From NCBI GenBank assembly GCA_964390625.1, contig CAYMID010000002.1, positions 17,481 to 59,050 on the forward strand: a DNA stretch of 41,570 bases, written 5' to 3'. Below are positions 14,947 to 23,999 of this stretch, one piece after another; positions within the stretch are counted from its first letter, which is position 1, and each line of letters opens with the position of its first letter. The notes beneath the pieces are model-generated. The model was not told the DNA's origin and made no database searches. It saw nothing but the letters and a program-made list of their open reading frames with translations. The DNA comes from an uncultured Gammaproteobacteria bacterium. GTDB lineage: Bacteria > Patescibacteriota > Patescibacteriia > Magasanikbacterales > UBA922. The translations under genes and the position numbers were made by a program.

Positions 14947-16170
14947 TTACGCCAATGCTTGATTAAGGCAATCGACAATCGCTTGGCCCACTTCGTTAAA
15001 TTTACCAGGGGCACGGAACAGGCTGGTGGCGCTTTGGATGCGCAAACGGTCACTGCCTGGCTCGGTGTTGGGATATGCAATGCAGTTAAAGCCCAATGTT
15101 TGCAGGGTGTTGATTGCTGGCTGTAAACGCTGGTCAGACAAATCAAGGCCGGGTTGGTTGCGCAGAATAATTTGTGCACCATTGTAAATCGGAATTAATT
15201 TTTTTAGAGCGGCGCTGTTGTTCGTCAGGGCTAGCAGATGAGCCTCGAATGTTGTTGTATAAACAGTCATATCTTTGGCCGATGCTTGAAGTCGTGATTC
15301 GTATGTAGTTGACGCTGGTTGTCGCGCATTGATTTCAATCAAATATAATTTTTGGGCAGCCACATCGAGTATAATGTCAACACCAAACAGACCGCGCCAG
15401 CCTTCGTGAGCCAACTTGGCGCCAATGTCCATGACAATTTGTTCGTATTGCCTGTACAGCGCACTGTCTATTAGCTGCTTTCCAAGTGCCCAATCATTAC
15501 CGATGGTAGTAAAGGCACTATTGGTAAACGGTGCCAGGCCAGTGATTTGGTAACTAATATTACCAGTAATCACAGTATTGCCGCAGACTATGTTGTTGCT
15601 TGTAAACATGTAGCCATTCACAAAATCAGTCACTCGCACGGGGCGGTCGGGAAATTGCGTTTGTAATTCTTGCAACTTGGTTGCGTTATCAATTAAAATT
15701 GTCCCATTGCCCGTGTGCGCGCGGTTGAATTGTACGATAAATGGCGCACCTGCAAATACGACGTCTTTTAGTAACTGAATTTTGTGGGGTGGTAAATAGT
15801 TAGCCAAATCACCTAACCATTCTACTTGCGAAATTTTTTCCTCGACCTGATTGGCCAGAGTGGCTGGTGGATTGAGCAACTTCCAACCACGCGCTGCGCA
15901 TAGTTTGGTAATGGCTGGAATATTTTTGAACACCACAATGCCAGCGTCGGGATATTGTTCCAAACAAGCCACTGTAGTTGGGTGCTGCAGCAATTCTGGC
16001 GTATCCAGTGATGTTTCGGCTTCTATGAGAATAATGTCAGAGCGTGTGGCAGCCACTTGCTTGGCAAACGGAGTGGAATTTGTAATAATGATAAGAGCTG
16101 ACCCAGTTTGTGGGCCCAAGGCTCGCTCTAGGTCACGCGCAATATAAATAACAGTGTTTTTTGGCTTCAT
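14947..16170 (-). CDS. ATP-grasp family ligase (substrate unknown)
   Basis: WRGLFGVDIILDVAAQKLYLIEINARQPAST is a typical ATP-grasp C-terminal motif. Start at MKPKNTV (ATG 16170). Confidence 0.65.
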   Translation of the reverse strand: MKPKNTVIYIARDLERALGPQTGSALIIITNSTPFAKQVAATRSDIILIEAETSLDTPELLQHPTTVACLEQYPDAGIVVFKNIPAITKLCAARGWKLLNPPATLANQVEEKISQVEWLGDLANYLPPHKIQLLKDVVFAGAPFIVQFNRAHTGNGTILIDNATKLQELQTQFPDRPVRVTDFVNGYMFTSNNIVCGNTVITGNISYQITGLAPFTNSAFTTIGNDWALGKQLIDSALYRQYEQIVMDIGAKLAHEGWRGLFGVDIILDVAAQKLYLIEINARQPASTTYESRLQASAKDMTVYTTTFEAHLLALTNNSAALKKLIPIYNGAQIILRNQPGLDLSDQRLQPAINTLQTLGFNCIAYPNTEPGSDRLRIQSATSLFRAPGKFNEVGQAIVDCLNQALA

Positions 16171-16202
16171 ATAGAGAATTCTGCCCACACTGTACCAAAG
16201 AT

Positions 16203-17168
16203 ATGCTAAAAAAACAACTCGAACAATTTGGCCAGGTAAAAACAAACGAACCGCTCGCCAAACATACAACCTTTAAAATTGGCGGTCCAGCCGAGTATTT
16301 GGTGGTGGTCGAGGATACCGAAAAGTTAGTGGCGCTCCTGCAATTTGTCGATGGCGCCGGAATTCCTTATTTTATTTTGGGCGGTGGCAGTAACATGCTT
16401 GCTGGTGACGAAGGTTTTCGTGGCGTGGTCATCAAAGTTAAAACGCAAAAGACCGAAGTTCTGCCCGATGGTTTATTAGTTGACGCTGGTTGCATTACTG
16501 TAGCTGTGGCTCAATTGTCCATGCAGCATAATTTTACTGGCTTTGAGTGGGGAGTTGGTGTGCCAGGCACAATTGGTGGGGCGGTCCGTGGTAATGCAGG
16601 GGCAATGGGTGGAGAAATGAAAGATTCGGTAGTTAGTGTAACAGTATACCGCGATGGTGAGGTGGTAGAACTCAGCGCGACTGATTGTGGTTTCGGGTAT
16701 CGTGACAGCGTGTTCAAACATGGCGGTGGAGTAGTATTGCGCGTACGCTTGCGGCTATTGCCCGTGGATACCAAAGAGGGGGCCAAAAAAGCGTTGGAAT
16801 ACCTGCAATATCGCAACAAAACCCAACCGCAAGGCTATGCGTCCACGGGCTGTGTGTTCAAAAATTACGAAATAAAACCAAATGAGTGCGCGCGTGAGGC
16901 CGCTCTGCTGGCTGCCTACCCCGAGGATCACGCGAAAATTGAACAGTTTTTTGCCACCAAAAAGATTCCCGCTGGTTGGTTAGTGGAGAAAGCTGGCCAA
17001 AAAGGGGCCCGAATCGGGAACGCAATGGTGAGTGAGCGACACGGAAATTTTGTGGTAAATACTGGTGGGGCGACGGCGACTGAAGTATTGGCTTTGGTTG
17101 AGCAGGTCAAGAACGCAGTGCACGAAACCACCGGATTTACAATCGAAGAAGAAATGCAGGTAATTTAA
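16203..17168 (+). CDS. murB: UDP-N-acetylenolpyruvoylglucosamine reductase
   Basis: PLAKHTTFKIGGPAEY, GGGSNML and the MurB C-terminal domain. Start at MLKKQLEQ (ATG 16203). Confidence 0.9.
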   Translation: MLKKQLEQFGQVKTNEPLAKHTTFKIGGPAEYLVVVEDTEKLVALLQFVDGAGIPYFILGGGSNMLAGDEGFRGVVIKVKTQKTEVLPDGLLVDAGCITVAVAQLSMQHNFTGFEWGVGVPGTIGGAVRGNAGAMGGEMKDSVVSVTVYRDGEVVELSATDCGFGYRDSVFKHGGGVVLRVRLRLLPVDTKEGAKKALEYLQYRNKTQPQGYASTGCVFKNYEIKPNECAREAALLAAYPEDHAKIEQFFATKKIPAGWLVEKAGQKGARIGNAMVSERHGNFVVNTGGATATEVLALVEQVKNAVHETTGFTIEEEMQVI

Positions 17169-17184
17169 TCGTAATAAAAAATAT

Positions 17185-17532
17185 ATGATAATCACGATTC
17201 ATGGTACTGGGATTGAATTAACCGAAGCGCTCAAAACATATGCGCATGACAAAGTCACGGCTTTGGAAAAATTTTTTAGCGGTGTGACCAAAGTTGAAAT
17301 TGATATTGGTATGCGCTCGCACCATCACCAAAAAGGCGAAATTTATTACGCCGAAGTCAATATGCATGTGCCTGGTAATTTAATCCGGGTCGAAAAAGAA
17401 GCAGAAGATTTATACAAAGCCATCGACAAGGTTAAGGATCATTTAAAAGTGGAACTCGAAAGTGCAGACGAAAAACGTCGCAGCAAGGATAAAAAAGCGA
17501 TTCGTCAGAGCAAAGCTTATTTGGGGGACTAA
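17185..17532 (+). CDS. hpf: ribosome hibernation promoting factor (short HPF/RaiA type)
   Basis: MIITIHGTGIELTEALKTYAHDKV..KFF is the sigma54-modulation/S30AE family pattern. The protein is 115 aa with no long C-terminal domain. Confidence 0.85.
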   Translation: MIITIHGTGIELTEALKTYAHDKVTALEKFFSGVTKVEIDIGMRSHHHQKGEIYYAEVNMHVPGNLIRVEKEAEDLYKAIDKVKDHLKVELESADEKRRSKDKKAIRQSKAYLGD

Positions 17533-17939
17533 ATGCAAAAGCAGGGGAGGACTAAAGCCGCTCGTTTTGGTGAACAATATATTCGGTGTGTTTGGAATTA
17601 TGAAGACAGACAGTGGTACTATTCAGTCGTGGATTGTATCTCTGTTTTGGTTAGCACAAAAATCCTCTTCGTTATTGGACTGATTTTAAACGTCGAGTAC
17701 TCCGTCAAAGTCAATATAAATTCCCTGGGGAAATTTACGCAAAATGCGTAAAATTGAACTTAGAATCCAGAGTGTACAAGAAGGTGTCCTCCGACACCCT
17801 ACCGGCTGACGCAATTTTGGTACTTTGGGGCCTGTTAGGTTGCCCTGGTGACCCTGCCTTTCACCGCTGGATTTTGTTTAAAATCTGCACCGCTAAGGGC
17901 CAGCACCTCCATAGACAAAGGTGGAAAGAGGTGGTATAA
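17533..17939 (+). pseudogene. decayed Bro-N / prophage-antirepressor-like N-terminal domain gene (frameshifted and truncated)
   Basis: Frame 1 reads FGEQYIRCVWNYEDRQWYYSVVDCISVL. After the A5 run at 17658-17662 the similarity continues in another frame (NPLRYWTDFKRR ... PGDPAFHRWIL). Both pieces resemble the IRRVW..WYFSVVD..YW.DLK..SPKAEPFKRWL family as I recall it. Confidence 0.5.
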
Positions 17940-17940
17940 T
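17912..17940 (+). promoter_or_regulatory. putative secA promoter (extended -10)
   Basis: TAGACA-17 nt-TGgTATAAT (-10 at 17935-17940), 27 nt upstream of the secA ATG. Confidence 0.5.
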
Positions 17941-17967
17941 GCCGGCTGCCTGTTTTGTCTTTTTTTT

Positions 17968-20739
17968 ATGGATTTTCTCAAGAAATTGTTTGTACCGTCC
18001 CCAAAACGGGTTATGGCTAAGTACCAGGCTCGGATTGATGCTATCAACGCCCTCGAGCCAGCCATGGCAGACCTGTCTGACGAGGCCTTAAAAGCCAAAA
18101 CCCAGGAATTCCGTGATCGCTTGGCCGCCGGCGAGACTATTGACCAAATTTTGCCCGAGGCCTTTGCAGCAGTACGCGAGGCGGGTAAGCGTGTGAGTAA
18201 CATGCGTCATTATGATGTCCAGTTGCTGGGCGGCATGGTGCTGCACGAAGGCAAGATTGCCGAAATGCGTACTGGTGAAGGTAAAACACTGGTAGCCACT
18301 TTACCAACGTACCTGAACGCCCTTTTGGGCAAAGGTGTACACGTGGTCACGGTCAACGATTATTTGGCCAAACGTGACGCCGTGTGGATGGGTAAAATTT
18401 ACCACGCCCTTGGTATGAGCGTCGGTATTATTCAGAACATGCGGGTTTCGTTTCAATATGACCAAAGTGCCGAAGAATCAGTGCGGGCCTGCAGTCGTCA
18501 AGAAGCATACCGCTGTGATATTACGTACGGTACAAATAACGAATTTGGGTTTGATTACTTGCGCGACAACATGGTGCAGGGTTTGGAGCAAATGGTCATG
18601 CGTCCAGGGAGTGAAATGGCCTTTGCGATTGTCGACGAAGTAGACTCAATTTTAATTGACGAAGCGCGCACGCCTTTGATTATCTCTGCGCCAGCCGCTG
18701 ATGCTAACGATCAATACCATCGCTTTGCTCAACTGGTTCGTCAGTTAAGTGAAAAAAATGATTATAACGTGGACGAAAAAATGCGTAGCGCCACGCTGAC
18801 CGAAGAGGGGATTAAAAAATTTGAGCAGTGGCTCGGTGTTGCGAACATTTACGAAGAAGGTGGCATTAGCACGGTTCATCATATTGAACAAGCCCTCAAA
18901 GCCGAGGTGTTGTTTAAGCGTGACCGTGATTACATGGTAGATAATGGCGAGATTTTGATTATTGACGAATTTACGGGCCGCAAAATGGTTGGTCGTCGCT
19001 ATTCCGAAGGGTTACATCAAGCCATTGAAGCCAAAGAAAATGTAACTATTCAACAAGAAAGTCAAACCCTGGCCACCATTACTTTCCAGAATTTATTCCG
19101 CATGTACGGTAAGTTGGCTGGTATGACGGGTACAGCTTCAACTGAGTCCGAAGAACTGTTCAAGATTTACCACCTGGAAGTGGTAACTATACCAACCAAT
19201 CGCTCTGACCGCCGCACTGACTTGCCTGATCGCATTTATAAAACCGAAGAGGCTAAATTTCGCGCTGTAGCCGAAAAAGTCAAAGAGTGCCGTGCCAAAA
19301 ATCAGCCAATTTTAGTGGGTACGATTTCGGTTGAAAAAAACGAACGTTTGAGCGCCTACTTAACTGCTTTGGGTATTCCACACGAGACTTTAAATGCCAA
19401 GAACCACGAACGTGAAGGTGAAATTATTGCGCAAGCCGGTCGCCCAGGGGCAGTCACCTTGGCTACCAACATGGCCGGTCGTGGTGTGGATATTAAATTA
19501 GGTGGCGAACCAGCCGTGCCTGCAGATGTGGAAACCGTGAATGCCGCGGGTGGTTTGTTTGTACTTGGTACTGAACGTCACGAATCGCGTCGCATTGATA
19601 ATCAGTTGCGTGGACGTGCGGCCCGCCAGGGTGATCCAGGTATGACACAATTCTTTGTTTCGACCGAGGACGATCTCATGCGTATTTTTGCCGGTGATCG
19701 TCTGAAAAATGTCATGACTCGTTTGAATGTCCCTGAGGATATGCCAATCGAGCAGGCCATGATTACCCGCATGCTCGAAAATGCGCAAAAGAAAGTCGAA
19801 GCTCATCATTACGATACCCGCAAACATTTGCTCGAATACGATGATGTACTTAATCGTCAACGCACCGCGATCTATAATCGCCGCCGTCAAATTTTAGAAA
19901 TTGCCGCTGGTAACGCCCCAGTTACGGCCGAAGTTGCGACCACTGAATCATCCGAAACTGCCGACGAAGTAATTACTGCGCCAATTGAAAAACAGTACCA
20001 CAGTCTGCGCGCGATGATTGAAGATTTAATGGCCCAAGAAATTGAAACTGTAGTTTCGTATCACACTGCACCAGCAGAGAGTGATGGTGACTGGAATATT
20101 GCCGAGATTGTGCAAACCATGCGCACGATTTTCCCACTGAGTGACGCTGAGATAGTCGAAATCAATACGATTGCGAAACGCGACACCCACAACAACGAGG
20201 GTGATGTGATTGTGCGCGATGCCCTGGTAAAACATTTAGTGACCAAGGCTCAAGCCCACTACGACAATATGCAAGCTTCGGTGCTAACACAATCACCGAC
20301 TGCCGAAGATGGTCAAAAAGTCCTCCATGAAGTTGAAAAAGCCGTGCTTTTGCGTTGTATCGATATGTTATGGGTAGATCATTTAGTGGCGATTGATTAT
20401 TTGCGAGCCGGGATTGGTTTGCAAGGTTATGGCCAACGTGATCCACTCATTGAATATAAACGTCAAACATTTAGCATGTTCAACGAGCTTTTGGCCGCCA
20501 TTCAAAAAGAAGTTGTGTACACTTTCTTTAAAGTCAACATTGGGATTCAATTGGCTCCATCAATTATGGCCAATGATGAACTCACTTTGACTGGAGCCGA
20601 AGGTGCCTCGGATCGGGCACCTGCCACAAGTTCTGAATCGTTAACAACTTCACAATCGATTGAAGATGGCAAAATCGGCCGCAATGACCTATGTTACTGC
20701 GGTTCAGGTAAAAAATATAAAAAGTGCCACGGCAAATAA
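17968..20739 (+). CDS. secA: preprotein translocase ATPase SecA
   Basis: MDFLKKLF start, MRTGEGKTL Walker A, DEVDSILIDEARTPLII and the C-terminal zinc motif CYCGSGKKYKKCHG. Confidence 0.95.
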   Translation: MDFLKKLFVPSPKRVMAKYQARIDAINALEPAMADLSDEALKAKTQEFRDRLAAGETIDQILPEAFAAVREAGKRVSNMRHYDVQLLGGMVLHEGKIAEMRTGEGKTLVATLPTYLNALLGKGVHVVTVNDYLAKRDAVWMGKIYHALGMSVGIIQNMRVSFQYDQSAEESVRACSRQEAYRCDITYGTNNEFGFDYLRDNMVQGLEQMVMRPGSEMAFAIVDEVDSILIDEARTPLIISAPAADANDQYHRFAQLVRQLSEKNDYNVDEKMRSATLTEEGIKKFEQWLGVANIYEEGGISTVHHIEQALKAEVLFKRDRDYMVDNGEILIIDEFTGRKMVGRRYSEGLHQAIEAKENVTIQQESQTLATITFQNLFRMYGKLAGMTGTASTESEELFKIYHLEVVTIPTNRSDRRTDLPDRIYKTEEAKFRAVAEKVKECRAKNQPILVGTISVEKNERLSAYLTALGIPHETLNAKNHEREGEIIAQAGRPGAVTLATNMAGRGVDIKLGGEPAVPADVETVNAAGGLFVLGTERHESRRIDNQLRGRAARQGDPGMTQFFVSTEDDLMRIFAGDRLKNVMTRLNVPEDMPIEQAMITRMLENAQKKVEAHHYDTRKHLLEYDDVLNRQRTAIYNRRRQILEIAAGNAPVTAEVATTESSETADEVITAPIEKQYHSLRAMIEDLMAQEIETVVSYHTAPAESDGDWNIAEIVQTMRTIFPLSDAEIVEINTIAKRDTHNNEGDVIVRDALVKHLVTKAQAHYDNMQASVLTQSPTAEDGQKVLHEVEKAVLLRCIDMLWVDHLVAIDYLRAGIGLQGYGQRDPLIEYKRQTFSMFNELLAAIQKEVVYTFFKVNIGIQLAPSIMANDELTLTGAEGASDRAPATSSESLTTSQSIEDGKIGRNDLCYCGSGKKYKKCHGK

Positions 20740-20787
20740 AACACTCTTGACTAGGGTATAGGCGATAGTTTACACTTAGGCCCAACT

Positions 20788-22839
20788 ATGAAAAATCAAA
20801 CCCCAACCAATAAAACTCGTTCAGCTCTTCGTTGGAGCGTAGCCGGTATCGTCGGTTTATTCATTGTGTCTCTTGGATTTGTGATTCCAGAGCCATTTAA
20901 CAAAGGAATTGAGCAATTAAACACCAAATTCGGTGTTGGTTTGCCAACAGTTCCAGTACACCCATTCCGCCTTGGTCTTGACCTTCGTGGTGGGGTACAA
21001 CTGGTTTACCAAGCCAATGTTAAAGATATTCCTGCCGGTGAACAGGGCGCGGCTGTGGAAGGTGTGCGCGATGTAATTGAACGCCGTGTGAATGGTATGG
21101 GTGTTGGTGAACCTGTGGTGCAAACCTCACAAGTTGAAGACATCTACCGAATTAACGTCGAGTTACCTGGCGTGACCGATGTTGCTCAGGCCATTAAAAT
21201 GATCGGTGAAACACCAATTTTAGAATTTAAAGAACGTAACACTGAACCAGCCCGTGATTTAACTGAACAAGAAAAGAAAGATTTAACCGCTTTCAACGCA
21301 GAGGCCAAAAAGCAAGCCACGGCGACTTTGGTACGTTTAAAGAAAAATGAAAGTTTTGACACCTTGGCTACAGAATTATCACAAGACGAAATTAGCAAGA
21401 ACAATCGCGGATACATGGGTTTTATTAGTAGTCAGTCAATTTACCCAACATTGTATAATTGGGCCAAAATCAGCAAAGAGGGCACAATTAGTCAGACTGT
21501 TGTCGAAAGTGCAGAGGGCTATAATTTACTTAAACGTGGAGCCGAGCGCACTGGTGTGTCCGAAGTTAAGGCAAGTCATATTTTGATTTGTTATTTAGGT
21601 GCAAAAGGTTGTGATGCTACCATGGCCAAGGATGAAGCACGTGCCAAGGCCAAGCAAATTTATGATCAAGCTAATGCCAATAATTTTGCTGAGTTAGCCA
21701 AAGAGAATACTACGGATCCATCGGGAAAAACAACGGGTGGTGACTTAGGTTGGTTTACTACCAGCACTATGGTACCTGAATTTGCTCAAGCAGTCAGTTC
21801 GGCTAAAAAGGGCGATATCATTGGACCTGTTGAAACAGCCTTTGGTTTTCACATAATTTACAAACAAGATGAGCGGGTAACTTCTGAGTATGAAATCTCC
21901 CGTATTTTGTTTAAAACCAAAACAGCCACCGACATTGTACCTACTCCAGAAGAGTGGAAAAATACTGGTTTATCAGGTAAGCAATTACAACGGGCCGAGG
22001 TAACAACTGATCCGAAGACTGGCGCCGTCATGGTTTCGATTCGCTTTAATGCCGAGGGGACTGAATTATTTAAGCAAATTACTACGCGTAACTTGCAAAA
22101 GCCAGTTGCTATTTTCCTGGATGGCCAGCCAATTAGCGTGCCAAATGTAAATAGCGTAATTAGTGATGGTAATGCAGTAATTACTGGCAGTTTCACTTTG
22201 AGCGAAGCACGTTTGTTGGCGCAGCGGTTGAACGCCGGTGCTTTACCAGTGCCAGTTGAGCTTGTCTCGCGTCAAGGAGTTGAGGCAAGCTTGGGTGCAG
22301 ATTCGTTGGCACGCAGTATTCAGGCGGGTATTTACGGTGCGATTTTAATTGCGATCTTCATGATCGCAGTGTATCGCTTGCCAGGTTTGTTGTCGGCAAT
22401 CACTCTTGGTTTATACATTGTGATTACCTTGGCCATGTTTAAGTTGCTTGGCATCACCGTGACTTTGGCTGGTATTGCCGGTTTCATTATGTCGATGGGT
22501 GTGGCTGTAGATGCGAACGTTCTTATTTTTGAACGCTTGAAGGAAGAATTGCAGCGCGGTAAAAGTCTCAAATCGGCGGTAGAAGAAGGCTTTATGCGTG
22601 CCTGGACATCTATTCGCGATGGTAACTCGTCAACAGTGATCACTTGTTTATTCTTGATTTGGCTAGGTACTAGCTTTGTTAAGGGTTTTGCGGTGACATT
22701 AATCCTTGGTATTGCTGTCAGTTTGTTTACCGCAATTACGATTACTCGTGTCTTGCTGCGTTTTATAGCACCATGGTTTGATAAACAAACGTGGTTATTC
22801 CCTGGGTATACAACCAAGGGAAACCAATCCCAAAAATAA
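20788..22839 (+). CDS. secD: protein translocase subunit SecD with inserted tandem parvulin-like domains
   Basis: The SecD P1 region (LGLDLRGG, ETPILEFKE) and C-terminal 6-TM domain are interrupted at about aa 152-385 by parvulin PPIase-like sequence (SHILICY...GGDLGWF...FGFHIIY). Confidence 0.85.
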   Translation: MKNQTPTNKTRSALRWSVAGIVGLFIVSLGFVIPEPFNKGIEQLNTKFGVGLPTVPVHPFRLGLDLRGGVQLVYQANVKDIPAGEQGAAVEGVRDVIERRVNGMGVGEPVVQTSQVEDIYRINVELPGVTDVAQAIKMIGETPILEFKERNTEPARDLTEQEKKDLTAFNAEAKKQATATLVRLKKNESFDTLATELSQDEISKNNRGYMGFISSQSIYPTLYNWAKISKEGTISQTVVESAEGYNLLKRGAERTGVSEVKASHILICYLGAKGCDATMAKDEARAKAKQIYDQANANNFAELAKENTTDPSGKTTGGDLGWFTTSTMVPEFAQAVSSAKKGDIIGPVETAFGFHIIYKQDERVTSEYEISRILFKTKTATDIVPTPEEWKNTGLSGKQLQRAEVTTDPKTGAVMVSIRFNAEGTELFKQITTRNLQKPVAIFLDGQPISVPNVNSVISDGNAVITGSFTLSEARLLAQRLNAGALPVPVELVSRQGVEASLGADSLARSIQAGIYGAILIAIFMIAVYRLPGLLSAITLGLYIVITLAMFKLLGITVTLAGIAGFIMSMGVAVDANVLIFERLKEELQRGKSLKSAVEEGFMRAWTSIRDGNSSTVITCLFLIWLGTSFVKGFAVTLILGIAVSLFTAITITRVLLRFIAPWFDKQTWLFPGYTTKGNQSQK

Positions 22840-22840
22840 T

Positions 22841-23758
22841 ATGATGAATTTTATCAATAAACGCCGCTGGTATTTTGCTATTTCGGGAACACTAGTTGGT
22901 ATTAGCGTGGCTGCCCTTATTGTGTGGGGTCTCAAACCAAATATTGATTTTACAGGAGGCTCACTGGTTGAATTTGAATTTAATGGCAGTCGTCCAACTC
23001 TGGAAGAGATGCAGGGCACAGTTGCAAAGGCACAAGTTGGTGAAGGGGTTGTGCAGCCAACGGCTGGCGCAAGTATTATTGTGAAGTTACCATACATTGA
23101 TGAAGTGGCACACCAGCGTTTGTTGACGACTGTACGTGGTGATTACGAAAAAAACGGCACACAGGTTTTGGAAAAAAGAATTGAGACTGTAGGGCCATCG
23201 GTAAGTGCTACTATCAAAAAACGTGCTTGGTCAGCTGGTACCATGGTTGTGGCTGCAATCATTGCCTTTATCGCTCTTGCTTTCCGTAAAGTTTCCAATC
23301 CAGTAGCGTCATGGAAATTTGGCGTGGCCGCCGTGGTCTCGTTGTTACACGATGTCTTGATTACCATGGGTGTGTTTGCTTTTCTGGGGCATTTTCATGG
23401 CGTCCAGGTTGATATTCCATTTGTGGTAGCCCTGCTGACTATTTTCGGATATTCAGTTAACGATACTATTGTGGTCTTCGACCGTATTCGCGAAAATTTA
23501 TTGCGCCGAACTGGTAGCAACTTTGCCGAAACTACAGAAAATGCAATTAAACAAACAGTGTGGCGTTCACTCAACACTTCCTTAACGGTGTTGACTGCCT
23601 TGGCTTGTTTGTTTATCTTTGGTGGTGAATCGGTTAAATACTTCTCGCTGGCCTTGTTTATCGGTATTTTCTTTGGAACGTATTCCTCGATCTTTTTGGC
23701 CAGCCCACTCCTGGTGTCGTGGGAAGCCTATGATCGCAAACGCAGCGCCCGTAAATAA
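22841..23758 (+). CDS. secF: protein translocase subunit SecF
   Basis: Start MMNFINKRRWYF lies 1 nt after the secD stop. IDFTGGS and the SecF TM domain (GYSVNDTIVVFDRIRE) are present. Confidence 0.9.
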   Translation: MMNFINKRRWYFAISGTLVGISVAALIVWGLKPNIDFTGGSLVEFEFNGSRPTLEEMQGTVAKAQVGEGVVQPTAGASIIVKLPYIDEVAHQRLLTTVRGDYEKNGTQVLEKRIETVGPSVSATIKKRAWSAGTMVVAAIIAFIALAFRKVSNPVASWKFGVAAVVSLLHDVLITMGVFAFLGHFHGVQVDIPFVVALLTIFGYSVNDTIVVFDRIRENLLRRTGSNFAETTENAIKQTVWRSLNTSLTVLTALACLFIFGGESVKYFSLALFIGIFFGTYSSIFLASPLLVSWEAYDRKRSARK

Positions 23759-23775
23759 TTAATTAAAAACATCAA

Positions 23776-23803
23776 ACCCCCGTCTAGGGGGTTTTTGTTT
23801 TTT
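23776..23803 (+). terminator. intrinsic terminator after secF
   Basis: ACCCCC-GTCTA-GGGGGT followed by TTTTGTTTTTT. Confidence 0.7.
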
Positions 23804-23832
23804 GTGGTATACTGTGGTTACTACTTTTACCT

Positions 23833-23997
23833 ATGTCCGAAAATTTATTGCGTCACCTTATTGCATTGTCAGGGACCTTGGTCTGTGCCTTGGCCTTTGT
23901 GGCTGGGTATGTTTCTGGGGTCAATACCTGGTGGTGGGCTGTATTTGTGGTTGGCTTCGTCTATTTAATCATCTTTAGGTTGTTGCAGCACCACTAG
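23833..23997 (+). CDS. 54-aa two-TM membrane mini-protein (below the ORF track cutoff)
   Basis: Hand translation: MSENLLRHLIALSGTLVCALAFVAGYVSGVNTWWWAVFVVGFVYLIIFRLLQHH. The stop is 2 nt before the ATG at 24000. TGgTATACT lies at 23805-23813 upstream. Confidence 0.5.
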   Translation: MSENLLRHLIALSGTLVCALAFVAGYVSGVNTWWWAVFVVGFVYLIIFRLLQHH

Positions 23998-23999
23998 GT

